A DNA stretch of 64,000 nucleotides. It comes from Selaginella moellendorffii (Eukaryota; Plantae; Lycopodiophyta). Of this stretch, positions 1 through 11,715 are shown piece after piece. Below the pieces are notes generated by a model, which worked only from the letters and a program-made list of their open reading frames with translations, had not been told where the DNA came from and made no database searches. Position numbers and translations under genes: made by a program. The DNA is taken from assembly GCF_000143415.4 (NCBI RefSeq), contig NW_003314305.1:1083974-1147973 (forward strand), given 5' to 3'. Numbering within the stretch: position 1 is the stretch's first letter; every line of letters starts with the position of its first letter.

Positions 1-375
1 TCTTCGAGTGCTCTTACTTGGGAGTTCCTGGAGGGTGTGATAATTTCGATTTTGATAGAAGCTCTTTCTTGCGTGCTCTTGTTTTTATCTTGTTTGGAAA
101 GCGTGAAAGGCTTGTTTTTGTCGTTGTTCTTGCGTGCTTTCATCTCAGATTCCACTTTTTTTTCCTCTCTCTTTTGCATCCATTTTCCTGGATGGTGCGA
201 TGCCCGATTTTGCTAGAAAACGTGAAAAGTTTTTTTTTTCCTTCGTCTTTTCCTTTCTCTTTTTTCTTTTTCTTCTTTGGATCCATTTTTTAGTTCCTGG
301 ACCTTTTTTTTTCTCCTTTTTCTCTTCTTTGGATCCATATTGAGTTCCTGGATGTTTGTCTTGATTTTGCTCCAG

Positions 376-893
376 GTGACAGACAAGTATTGTTTGCGGA
401 TAACGTGATCAAAGTGAACCGCCGATCCAAAGTTCGCAAGCGCGTCCTTCTCATCACAGATGTGGCTCTCTACAGCCTTGACGCGGATTGGTTCACACTC
501 AAGCGCCGAATCTCCCTCTCAGCCATCGAGAAAGTCCTCCTCAGCGAGCTCAACGACAATTTCTTCGCCTTGTCCGTGTCAACCGAGTACGATTGCCTCT
601 TCGCCAGCACGCACAAGACCGAGATCGTTACCATCCTCCAGGAGGCCACGAGAAAGCTCGACACACCGCTCGAAGTTTGCTTCTCGAATCGGTCAGTTGT
701 TTCATTCGCTTTCCATCGTTCTATGCATTGAGCAGAGAGCTTCGGCAGCTTCGAGTACTACATGGACTCGGAAAATATCCGCGAAGTTATCTTCGAAGAA
801 GTCCCAGGTATGGATTGACAAGGTCGGTCTGTGGGATTGTTCTCACGGCGAGAATTTTTAGGTGGCGTGAAAACTACGTTCGTCAACAAGTGA
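376..893 (+). CDS. 3' end of a myosin tail homology 1 (TH1) domain protein; exons 376-691, 749-807, 862-893, with the 5' part outside the window
   Basis: The spliced translation VLFADNVIKVNRRSKVRKRVLLITDVALYSLD...KRRISLSAIEKVLLSELNDNFFAL...EYDCLFAS.HKTEIV matches the TH1 pattern. GT-AG introns keep the frame to TGA at 891-893. Confidence 0.8.
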
Positions 894-1993
894 GATCACA
901 TTCTTTTTGGGACTTCCTTTGAAAACAAAAGCACGAAGATAAAGGAAGGAACGCACACAAGGCACAAATGCTTTGCAACTGTTGTGTATTTTGATGATTT
1001 TGTTGCAGGCTGCCAAGATCGCACTACTACCATTACAGAAGCTCCGTGCTATGATGAGGGAAGAGTTTGATACTTTTCATTATCCCTCAGTCAGATGATT
1101 GAATATTCATTGATCACCCTTAAATGTTCTTGCCAACTTAACCTTCTCAAGCATCCCATTTCACCTTACTTTGCGCATGACTGGCGCGGAACTGAGGTTC
1201 CAGGAGGATGTTTTTGACAAGCTAGGCCATCTTCGCAACCTTAAGTTCTTTTCACTAGAGGCAACGAGATATTTTGTCATTAAAGTAAATCTAAAATATG
1301 CTCAAACCTCACTTTTAGTTCACTATACTAATTTCAATCCTCCACTAGCTTCTTCTTTCTCTTCTAGTCATTTGATTCCAAGAGAATTTTCATCCATTAC
1401 CTTGCACTCCTTCCAGTGTCGTGCCCTCTTGGGGATCTGATCCAGCACCTCCTCTTCATCCACATTAGAGTTTCTCACAAATCTCTATCAAAATGGTTTT
1501 TGCCACAACACCGGGAAGCCATCGCTCATGGCAACAAAGAGTAGCCTCTCCTCGAGCTTGTATCTCCCTTCAATATCTGTCCTCAAGCCCTTACAACAGG
1601 GCTTTTCTTGTTCTCTAGTGAGTCGTTTCATCTCCCTCTTGAGCACTTCTCCACTCTAACCACTATTTACTTTTCTAGCATAGATCTGTAGTGCACGAAT
1701 AATCAGCGGTCTATTCCTATAGTTGTCTTTGGCATTGTCGCTAAAAGGTGGCGAGAAGTTAAAAGAAAATTAAAAGATTAGCATAAGGCATTGACTTTTA
1801 CAATGCTTTGATAAGTAGTCAAAAGGCAGTTCCTCTCGCTAACACATTTTAAGCGAGTGATAGAGTGGTGGATTGGGTGTGCTCTTGGCGCTGATTTATA
1901 TTGTTCTGTACATATTCTCACTCTTAGATTTGTATATTAATTTTAAGTTTAATTGCCAAGAGAGCAGCGAAGTTTTGAAAACTATATAATATG

Positions 1994-3221
1994 TCAAAGG
2001 AAAAGTTTGGGATGGAAGGAGGGATGGAAGGGAACAAAAGCCGGCATTTGTTTCTTTGAACTTCTACTGCTACGCAACGTTCCAGATGCCAAATCAAAGA
2101 TGCAGCTCCACCTATAACGAAAGAGCAGTGTCACCTCCGTAGTGTGTTCATTTCCAGCAGCCACCATGAAGATTCTTCCGGGCTTTTTGATCAATTTGGG
2201 AATTTTAACAGTGCCCAAGCTCAAGGATGCCATTGCCCGCCAGCTGCAACTCTCCTCGTCCAGATACACAAAACAAACCCTGAGGGTTCTAACGTCTGTG
2301 TTTCTGTCATGTGTTTCGAGCATGCCAATCACTATCTTCCCTGCAAAATCAAAGTCGTCAGCATATACAAAACAACTCTTTTTCCTTACCTCCACTTGAG
2401 ATGAGGGACATGTCCACCTCGTACCAAGGTTGCCGTTCAAATCCCAAGGGAAGATTATTCCAGGTTGCCAGAGTTCGAAGGGTGGCCTTAGGGTTCCACA
2501 CGTTGAACGATTTAAGCCTCCTCACATTGCCCGGTGAAACAGTTAAAAAGTACAAGTGATCGTTCTGGAGCAGCATGCAGTTGTTGGAATAGTTGATGGA
2601 ATTCATTCTGACACCGCATACGAGGTCTTCATCCTCCTGGACAGGGGTGAATTCCGTAGAAGATATCCACGCCGCGGCCCTCGAATCGTACAGGTGGAAC
2701 ACCATGACCCCATAGCTGGTCTCTATGGTCACGACTACAACAAACCATGATCCAGAGGGTGGTGCCGACTGAATAGCAGCGAAGATCATTTCGTGATCAC
2801 CCTCCAGCATCGGACACCCCAGTTCTCGCCTCGTCTGTTGTAGCGGATTCAGCACCACAAAATATCTCGCAAACGTCGAGTCATAGCTCAGTACCAAGCC
2901 TGCCGAGCAAGTGCTCAAGGCAAAGATCCGGGCTTCCCTTGGAAGGGGGAGAGTGAACTCCTTCCAGGAGATGGCGTTGGGCGAGATGAGAAACTTGCCA
3001 TAGACGTCGCCAAGGGCAATGTACCACTGCTGCCGCGGTGGCTGCTGCTGGATTGCTGCGCACCAATCCTTGGAGAGGGAGCGGAAGCGGCAGAGCGTGG
3101 GGAACGGGAGGAAAGTGATGAGGCGGTGTTGGATGTCCTGGGGAAGCCGCGACCAGATTGAGGGATCCAGTTTCCTGCTTTTCTTCTTGTCTATCATGCC
3201 ATCCCAGTTCCTATTCGCCAT
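1994..3221 (-). pseudogene. Intronless F-box protein gene with a single frameshift (pseudogene or sequencing error)
   Basis: N-terminal F-box motif WSRLPQDIQHRLITFLPFPTLCRFRSLSKDW. ORFs 2358-3221 and 1994-2440 join as KEKELFVYADD if one base of the A4 run at 2369-2372 is removed. Confidence 0.75.
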
Positions 3222-3961
3222 ACCTTAACCTAAACTTTGCTAAAAGTTCATATGCTTCAAGGTTTTTCGAATCTCTAAACAATTCTAGAATTTTGCTTGG
3301 AATCCTTATAATTTCTAGAAGAAGATAACAAACATACCCAACTCCACAACCCCTAGAACATATGGCATTGGATTTACAAACTTATGCAGATAGCAAGCTT
3401 GACACAACAAATCAATCATACATCTGAAGTGCTGGTGTGTGACTTTAATTTGGTAGTCCAAACCCATGGACACAACGATTGTCTTCCCAAGCATTAAGTT
3501 TTTTTTTTCTCCACTACAAGCAGCTAACACAGAGAGGAAGCATACTACTTTCTCTTTAATAAACACTTAGCTTTTCTTTGAGAGATTGGTTGAGGATCGT
3601 CAAGCAATGTACCTATACGTATTTGTGGCAAACAGCCCTTCTTTGCTCGAGAAGACAGAGAGCGCTTCCTTAGGGAGATACAAAGCGTTACTATCTACAA
3701 ACAAACTTTCAGCTCTCATTTCATGACTTACGAACGAAGATACATGGATTTTATTCAGGTGTGGTGTTTTAGACGCCGAGTTGCGTCGAGTATACACTCA
3801 CACGGTGTCGGCAAGAGTGAAGATTGGCAGAGAGATTTTCAGAAGGAAAAATCTTGGAACCATCCCAAAGACCAACACCAGGAGAGGTACTTAAGTAAAG
3901 ATGATATAATTCATAGGACTGATTCATTTTTTTTCCCCTGGCAGTGTTTGTTGAGAAAAGT

Positions 3962-4365
3962 TCATACAAGGTAAACTAGTTTCGAAGTTTTGCGAGTATG
4001 TCATTTTTTTCCCCTTGAACTTTCATCAGTGCTTGCCAAAATTTTTGAGAAGAGCAGGAATCGTTTTGATGATATAACTCCTACAAGGTGAACTATTTTC
4101 AAGTTTTCGCAGATATTTTCTAGAACTTTCAGTGCTTGCAAAAGATTTTAGGAAGAACAACGAAGATCTCTAAGTTTCATTTCTAGTTCAAAATTTTCGT
4201 GAATGATTCATTTCTTTTACCCTTAACCTTCCAAACGATTTCGAGAAAAAAAGCTAAGATCTGCAAGGTAAACTAGTTCAAAGTTTCCGCGAATGATACA
4301 AGGTAAACTAGTTTCAAGTCTTCGCCAATGGCTCTTTTGCTTTTCAGTGCTTGCAAAAGATTCAG
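3962..4365. repeat. Degenerate tandem repeat upstream of SCAMP
   Basis: CAAGGT(A/G)AACTA recurs near 3967, 4085, 4265 and 4299, and TCAGTGCTTGC recurs three times. Confidence 0.6.
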
Positions 4366-4719
4366 AGAAAATCTCTGTAACTTTCGTTTCGAGTTTTTCT
4401 TGAGTCGAAACGAATGACAAGTCTTTAGTGCGTTTGGATCGACGGTGGCGATTGGACGCCCTCGGACGGTGGAGATGCTTCCAATATCAAGGCCACTTAG
4501 TTTTTTCCCCAGGGCTTTTGCGGGGAAGTGAAAGAGCGCCGGTCCTTCCGAGCCGAAGTCCAAGGAAGCAAAGGACGCGGATCCGGTGAGCTATAGCTCA
4601 GATCTTTGCGGCAACAGGCTTTAGGGTTTGGATTTGTAGCTAGGTTGTGGATTCCGCGGCAAATGCACCGGCGTTTGGCGCTGAAGTGAGTCTAGATCTT
4701 CCAATCCTCGTCCCCAGGC

Positions 4720-6255
4720 ATGGCGTCCCGCTACGATTCGAATCCATTCGATGAGGAAGACGTCAATCCCTTCTCGGTGAGAAATTCTAGGAAGAACAGA
4801 TGGTCTGGAATTGATAGGTTTTTTTTTTCTTTCTTTCTTTCTTTCTACTCCAGGATCCGGCCGTGCGTGCTCAAATGACTGGGAAGCCATCCTATCTCGG
4901 CAACAATTTCTATGAATCGGTATGGCTAGAATTTTCTCCTTTCTCTCCTTTTTTCTCCTCGGGGATGCGAGCTTAGAGAAGAAAAACTTTTTTGTTCTTC
5001 CAGAAACCATATAATGTTCCTCAGGTGAATTCGATATCTCCGCTAGCACCGGAGCGTACCTCGGTGGGCGATGCTACCGTGGAAATTCCCTTGGGCAACA
5101 TGAAGGTGAGCGAGACGAAAGCCACGCGACTGGGCTTAACTCTTTTTTCTCTAGGATCTCAAGAAGCGCGAGAAGGAACTGAAAGACAAGGAGGAACAAC
5201 TTCGAAAGCGAGAAGCCGACGTGAAAAGGCGAGAGGATGCTGCTGCAAGAGGTTCTTTAGTGCTTTGTGTTCTTCGTTTTCTCCTCTTTGCTAACACTTC
5301 GGCTTTAACCAGCTGGTATTGTGTTGGAGGAGAAGAACTGGCCACGCTTTTTTCCGATCCTACACCATGACATTGCGGCTGATATCCCGGCCTACTTGCA
5401 GCGCATGCAGTACTTTGCTTACGGAAGCTGGCTCGGAATTCTCCTGTGCCTGACATGGAACTTCATTTCCATCACCGGAGCCTGGATCCAGAAGACTGTC
5501 AGTGCCTCGTATGGTAATGGTTTTCTAAGCTTTTGGAAGCTTTGTGCTTACGAGCGTTCGTGTTTACAGGTGTGCAGATATGGTTTCTGGCCATCATCTA
5601 CATCCTGGCAGGCTTTCCCGGATCATATTTCCTTTGGTACAGGCCCCTGTATCGGGCTATGAGGTGCGTTGGAGGCAATTGTCGTTTGCTAGCCACGAGG
5701 GAAATCACACGTTCCTTGCAGGTCAGAGAGTGCTCTTAAGTTCGGATGGTTCTTCATCGCGTATTTGGTACGTTGTTAGTGGCTTGATATGTTTTGTTAG
5801 CTTAGTAATGTGGTGTGCGTGCAGTTTCACATTTTGTTTTGCATCTTCTGCGCCGTCGCTCCTCCCATTGTGTTCAAAGGAAGATCATTGACGTAAGCGG
5901 CAATGTGTTATCTACTGCTATACTAATTCCATCTTTTATGCAGGGGCATTCTACCAGCGATTCAGATCTTCTCTGACAGTGTCATAATCGGGGTATGTTT
6001 AGTGTTATAATATGTTCTCCTGTTATTGAGTCTTGGTTGAACAGATATTTTATCTCGTTGGCTTTGGCCTTTTTGTCCTGGAATCTCTCCTCAGCCTATG
6101 GGTTCTCCGGGTAATACACTGCAATCTCAATCTACGTAAGAATCCTACTAATAACTATGGCTTGGCAGGAGGTGTATGCGTACTTCCGGGGTACAGGCAA
6201 AGCGGCACAACTGAAGAGGGAGGCAGCACGCAACGTTGTAGGTGCTACAATTTAG
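4720..6255 (+). CDS. SCAMP: Secretory carrier membrane protein, 11 exons (4720-4776, 4854-4919, 5004-5105, 5155-5251, 5313-5513, 5570-5663, 5722-5767, 5825-5892, 5944-5992, 6045-6110, 6169-6255)
   Basis: N-terminal NPF motifs ([19 protein letters not shown]), coiled coil, [15 protein letters not shown]-peptide [15 protein letters not shown] tail, and canonical splice sites. Confidence 0.95.
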
Positions 6256-6786
6256 AAGGGAAGGAAACTTTGGTGTAGTATGTATATGGGATCACATTTT
6301 TTGCCTGCACGCACCGATTCTGACCCTGTGGCTAAAGATGTAGTGGTTTTTTTCTTTTTCTTTTTTTTTTGTTGTGCTTTCTTTTTTGTTCAGGCGTTTT
6401 ATAAATATAATAACCTTCCTTTGCTATACTACAGTGCTCTTCCGCCTTGACTCCACCAGAACATCCTTGTAAGGTAGCCTCTGTCATTTTGGTCATGTCG
6501 TGAAACTTACGTCCTTGTTTCTTTTTTGGCACAGTTTATCTGAGCTACGAGTAGACTTTAGAGCGAGTATCCACATGGTGGCATATACGATTGTCCGGCA
6601 GTGAAGCTGGCCAAACAGGAGCCGCAAGAATGAGGGTGCGGACAGGATACGTTGGGGTCGTCAACTATTCGTTTTAGACAATTACGTAGTCCGGTGGCAG
6701 CATGGTTGTGGACAAAAGACCAGGGCCCAGAGTAGAAGCTCCGCGCTGCTATATAGATGGTGGTCAAGCTTCCCAAGCATTCGAAG

Positions 6787-7981
6787 ATGGCTCCTACTCA
6801 AGGCGGTACTCAAGGCGGTGTTGACTACAAGCTCACTACGTTTTTGCAAGGCTCTTTAACTCTGGATGACTACGTCTGGTCTCAAGAGGAGTGGCCAAAG
6901 GTTGCTTACAACGATTACAACGACGAGGACACCGTCCCCATCATCGATATCTCGTTGCTGAGGTCCGAGGATGCCGCAACCAGGTCAAAGGGGCTCAAGG
7001 ATCTCATGGAAGCCGCCAGAGAGTGGGGATTCTTCCGGCTTGTTAACCACGGGGTTCTAAGCGATGTTACTGAAAAGCTGGAGTCGGACGGGAAGGAGCT
7101 CTTTGCTCTGCCGCTGGAGCAAAAGAAGAAGGCAGTGCGGCTTCCAGAGAGCATAATTGGTTACTACTTTGGAGCCGAGTCCGTCTTCTCCAAAGCATGG
7201 CTGGAAGCGTTTCATTTCTCGGGTGACAAGGAGGTCACAGACAACATGATCCGGCAAGTTTCTCCCGAAAACTTTAATGAGCTAAGGTTAGCTTGTTTTT
7301 CATCTCGTTGTGCCTGTCTCACTTTTCTTTCCCAGTGCGAGCGTTCATAACTACATCGATGCCTACCAAAAGCTCGCGATCGAGGTCGTCGAGCTCATGG
7401 CCATTGCGCTTGGACTGGAGCCTTCGACGTTTAGCAAGTACACTGCTACAAAAGGCGACAAGTCTACAGTTCGCGTTTGCTACTATCCGCCGTGTCCTCA
7501 GCCGCAGCAGACTCTGGGACAGCGTCCACACGCCGACCCGATCCTCATCACCATCGTTCACCAAGACGACGTTGGCGGCCTCCAGATTCTCAAGAACAAC
7601 CGATGGATCGCGGTCAAGCCCGAGCCTGGCACCGTGGTTGTCAACGTTGGAGACACTCTCCAGGTAAGAAAGCCTCTCTTCTTCGTTGTATAGTTTCTCT
7701 CCTCTGATTCTTGGATTTACTCACAGGTGCTGAGCAATGACATCTATCCCAGCGTCCAGCACCAGGTTGTGCTCAACAGCGAGCGGAGCCGACTGTCCAT
7801 GGCTTTCTTCCTCATCCCCGAGGCCAACGCTCTCATCGTCCCGGCAAAAGGGCTCGTGGACGACGAACATCCGGTGAGGCACCCACCTTTCATCTACAGG
7901 GACTATCGCAAATCTTATGGAGAGCGAAGAGCAGTCGGCAAGAGCCACCTTGAATCGTTTTACACGCTCAAAGACGCATAG
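6787..7981 (+). CDS. 2-oxoglutarate/Fe(II) dioxygenase (DOXC class); exons 6787-7286, 7336-7663, 7727-7981
   Basis: DIOX_N motifs VPIIDIS and AAREWGFFRLVNHGV; YYPPCPQP; HxD (HADP); distal His (SVQHQV); RxS (RLS). Substrate cannot be assigned from sequence alone. Confidence 0.93.
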
Positions 7982-8558
7982 GACGACTTATAGATAATTG
8001 TTCTACTTTGTTTTCCCATATACACTTTTGCTAATAGAAAAGAATAAGAAGTTTTCTTGTTTAGTAATTTAAGATGTCCCCAGATTACTCTTCATCGCTT
8101 ATTTTCTTCTCTCCTCTTCGCTTGGAGATCTTTCTTCAGTTCCAGCGAAACATCAATGGGTTCCTCATCGTGCTTCTCCTCCAAACAAAAGTCTAAAAGG
8201 GAAGAAATTTTTCCAAGATGAAAGTAGACTGTTTGAAGAGAAAAGAAAGAAAAAAAATGATGCTAGAGTCACTGCCTTTTCTAAGAATCGCGGAAAAGAA
8301 AAATTGACAGTGGCCCTTCCCCAGACGCCATTGTTGTTGAGAGTTAGTGTCTGGAGCAATTTCTTGCTCAAATGGTTTGTCCAGTAAACTTGAAATTTAC
8401 AATCTTTAACAATTAATTAAATTTCCTCTTTTTCTTTTTCTTCTAAATTCTATGCAGTAATTTGGAAAGAGTCAAGCCTTTTTTTACAATAACGGAACCT
8501 TTTCCCCCGACCTTATAAATAAGTGGACCGATCTAAGGAAAAACCTAAACACCAAGTG

Positions 8559-9842
8559 ATGGCTTTGTCCACGATGAAGGGAGCTGCGAGTAGATTGTTT
8601 GCAGGGGCTACCAAGCTTTTCAGTGTGGAGATTGAGAGTCCAAAGTTGCGGATTCCACTGGGAACAAAGGTCGCAAACACAGTCTTGTGTGTGTCTGTGT
8701 ACATGATTAGCAGTAGATTGCCACTCTATGGGATCTACGCAAATAGGACACTGATGGATTTGGGTATTGGTCCGATTGCAACGGCAAGTATGGCAATCCA
8801 GCTTTTAGTTGGTGGAAAGATTATTTGCATCAAAGAGAAGGACTCCATCAACAAACTACAAAAGATGGCGGGGGTGTGTTTCACAGTCGTTTTGGCAATC
8901 TTAAACATTGTTGGGGGAGTGTATGGCCCAATTGGTATGATTAGCTCGCTGTTGGTGATCTTGCAGCTGGTTCTAGCAGTTATGATGCTAATCTACATGG
9001 ACGAATTTCTAGAAAAGGGATATGGTGTTGGGCAGTCTGCAATTTCCGTTTTCACTGCGTGCAGCGTTTGTGAGGACGTGATTTGGCACGCGTTTAGCCC
9101 CATCACCGCCAACTTTCGAGGAGTCGACGAATTTGAAGGATCGGTTGTAGAGTTGGTTCGGGGGTTGATATCCAGCTTCAACGTAAGGACAGTTCGCCAT
9201 TCATTCTTCAGATATTATCTCCCAAATCTCTCGACACTGATCTGACCAATTCTGGTGATTGTGGGGATATAATATCTTCAGTCTCTCAACATGATCATCA
9301 GAGTCACAAACGGAAGGGGCCAGTATATGAATCATTCAATCCGTCTGTTCTACACGGCAACGACTCCAATTATGCTCTTAACTCAGCTGCAAAGTAGCGT
9401 GGGCAAGGTCTACGAAGGCCTGGGCCACGTATTTGGTTACAAGAATTTTATTATGGGCGCTTTGGGAGGAACGATATACAAGGTTTTTCATCCACCGTCG
9501 AGCATGATCCAAGAGCCATTCCATTTTCTCATTTACTCAGTCTTCACGGTGGTGTCTAGCACTCTAATCTCCAAGGCATGGCTTGAATTGTCTGGATCGT
9601 CTTCCAAGGATATAGCGAAAGAGTGGAAAGAGCAAGGATTGACAATCGCAGGACACAGGAGCTCCCAGACCAAAAAGGAGCTCGATCGGTACATTCCAGT
9701 GGCAGCAGCGCTTGGAGGGTTTGGCATTGGCATTGTTTCCGTTGCTGCAAATATGATGGGAGTGATTGGCTCTGGAACTGGACTCTTTCTAGCAATCACC
9801 ACCATTTGTGAAATCCAAAAGAAGATACAAAAGGAGATGTAG
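8559..9842 (+). pseudogene. SEC61A: Divergent intronless Sec61-alpha/SecY copy with two in-frame stops (TGA 9243-9245, TAA 9270-9272)
   Basis: Motifs LPLYGI, TLMDLGIGPI, DEFLEKGYGVG, EFEG, LPNL, IRLFYT, SGSSSKDIAK, ELDRYIPVAAALGG and GSGTG. The two ORFs are in the same frame. Confidence 0.85.
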
Positions 9843-10117
9843 TTTCAATGAGACAGATTCAAGCAAGTCTCATTCATTTTTGAGGATTTCCTTGTTTTCT
9901 GTAATTTTCTGTTATACGTGCTAAAGTTTCTGTAATTTTCTGAAATTGTGCAAATTCAATTTTTTTTCCGGTCAAACACTAGTCAACTCCTGCCACGTAG
10001 ATGGTTTAATTCCAGCATGGCTATCCATGGGCCGTCGATTTCCAACCGACGCGCCTTTTTCCACCACATAAGCCCTAATCCCTCCACTTTCTCCCTTCCG
10101 GGGGAGCGAAGAAGACA

Positions 10118-10879
10118 ATGGCTACGTTTCTCGAGGAGCCCAAGGCATCCACCTCGGGCGGCGGTGGCGGCGGCTCCAGGAAGAGCGAGTGTATGTGTGT
10201 GGTGTGCACTTGCGGCCTCCACAAATGCCCGTCGCGCGAGACGAATCCCTACGACCCAAACATCCTGTCCGAGTATGGCGAGCGCTACCCGGAGTGGCCC
10301 ATCTCCAAGCGCCTCCCACACAAGCCCCCACCGGCGTGCAAGGACGACGGCCCCTTCGACGACAACACCACCTACAAGCTCGACTATGGCAAGAAAACCA
10401 TGCCCAAGCGAGCGCCCATGAGGCCTCCGGCGCGCGAGCAAGACACTGGGCCATTCGTGGACGCCACCACCTACAAGGTGGACTACTGGGACAAATCCAA
10501 GGAGCAAAAGCCCGCGAGGAGGGCCGAGAAGCCACACAAGGTGGAGTCGGGCCAGTTCTACGACGAGACCACGTATGGAGTGGGATACTGCCCAAAGCAG
10601 ATGCCCAAGAGGTGTGCTCCGCAAAAGCATGGCTGCTCGCTCGGGAACTCCGGGGCGAAGTTCGTGGATGAGACTACGTATAATGTGGGCTTCCAGGACT
10701 GGAAGGTGAAGAGGCCTGTGAGAGGAGGGCCGACTCGCAGCGCGCCTCCTCCGCAGAAGTTCGATGGGGATACGACTTACAACATCGATTTCACGAGGCC
10801 TCCGCCGGTGAGGAGGTGCCCCGTGCTGCTGCGAGGGAAGCCGTCCAATCTCGTCGATAACCATCTTTGCTACGACTAG
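10118..10879 (+). CDS. SAXO/FAM154 (MAP6/STOP-related) axonemal microtubule-stabilising protein, 253 aa
   Basis: N-terminal CMCVVCTCGLHKCP motif and five Mn-like repeats F-x-x-x-T-T-Y-x-x-[DG]-[YF]. Confidence 0.8.
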   Translation: MATFLEEPKASTSGGGGGGSRKSECMCVVCTCGLHKCPSRETNPYDPNILSEYGERYPEWPISKRLPHKPPPACKDDGPFDDNTTYKLDYGKKTMPKRAPMRPPAREQDTGPFVDATTYKVDYWDKSKEQKPARRAEKPHKVESGQFYDETTYGVGYCPKQMPKRCAPQKHGCSLGNSGAKFVDETTYNVGFQDWKVKRPVRGGPTRSAPPPQKFDGDTTYNIDFTRPPPVRRCPVLLRGKPSNLVDNHLCYD

Positions 10880-11400
10880 GAAAGCTTCTTCGGTTCTTCT
10901 CCTTCTTCTTCGTCTTCTACTTCTTTCTCCATCGTTCACAGCGGCTCGTGAGTCCTCCGAGGTATGTAAATATGTCGAAACTTTGATCGTTTTTTGACAT
11001 AGTGAATCTCTTGTTCTTCTTTCTGTTCTTCCTCGGGAAACTACTCACTCCTTAGTTTAGTTTCTTCTCGACGCCATCCATTTTGTGAATTATATCCTTT
11101 TCATGTAAAGCTCTCGATTATGCTAATGGTCTAAGAAAGAATTTGCAGCACGGATCTAGGAGGACGGAAATGTGACGATGTGATCTTTAAGTTTCTTAAC
11201 TTCACGCCAACTCTGTCATCTCCATGATCGCAAAAGTCACTAACAGAGGTAAAAGAAAGGAAAAGAGCATCAGAAGCCCAACACTTCTAAAGCGTTTGCT
11301 CATCAAGTGTCTAGGTAACTTATGTCTCTTTTTCACAGTCGTGGTGGTCTCTAGCTTGTCGAGAAAAATTCGTGGTTAAGACTGTCCTTGAACAAAAGAT

Positions 11401-11485
11401 TGGGATGAGAGAGCCTCGAACTCTCGACCTCAGGATTTCTCAGTAGCTATGAGACCTACGCGCTGACCAACTGCGCCACCATCCC
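11401..11485 (-). tRNA. tRNA-Met: Elongator tRNA-Met(CAT) with an 11-nt intron
   Basis: Reverse complement GGGATGGTGGCGCAGTTGGTCAGCGCGTAGGTCTCATA-gctactgagaa-ATCCTGAGGTCGAGAGTTCGAGGCTCTCTCATCCCA. The acceptor stem pairs, A and B boxes are present, and the intron follows position 37. Confidence 0.93.
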
Positions 11486-11715
11486 ATACAATCTAACAAA
11501 TAACTTGTCCTGGAGGAGAGTTTTTCACCTGTATTTCCTATCGGAAATTACCAAGAATGAAAAGCGACCAAATGTTGCTAATGACTGTTCGCTTGCATTC
11601 TATCTTGTGATGCTTGTGAACGATATTTTTGTATGAATTCCTCTATTCAGTTTTCTCAATTCTTTCGATAATTTTCAAATAGCAATGGTTTGAATAATTT
11701 TAGGGCTATATATAA

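Noticed and set aside
3315-3969. Short minus-strand ORFs that look like exon remnants
   Set aside because: No consistent gene model or recognisable motif.
3962-4365. Repeats with variable spacers resembling a CRISPR array
   Set aside because: Eukaryotic context, degenerate repeats, mutually similar spacers, and no cas genes.
8100-8390. Minus-strand YWTNHLSKKLL resembling the end of a MYB repeat
   Set aside because: Too short, and no upstream MYB exons were found.
9243-9272. Stop-codon readthrough, selenocysteine or RNA editing in the Sec61 copy
   Set aside because: Two different stops (TGA and TAA) occur in a nuclear gene at hydrophobic positions. U-to-C editing would give Arg and Gln inside a TM segment.
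9983-10939. 318-aa antisense ORF over the SAXO gene
   Set aside because: Shadow frame of a GC-rich coding region, with no recognisable motifs.
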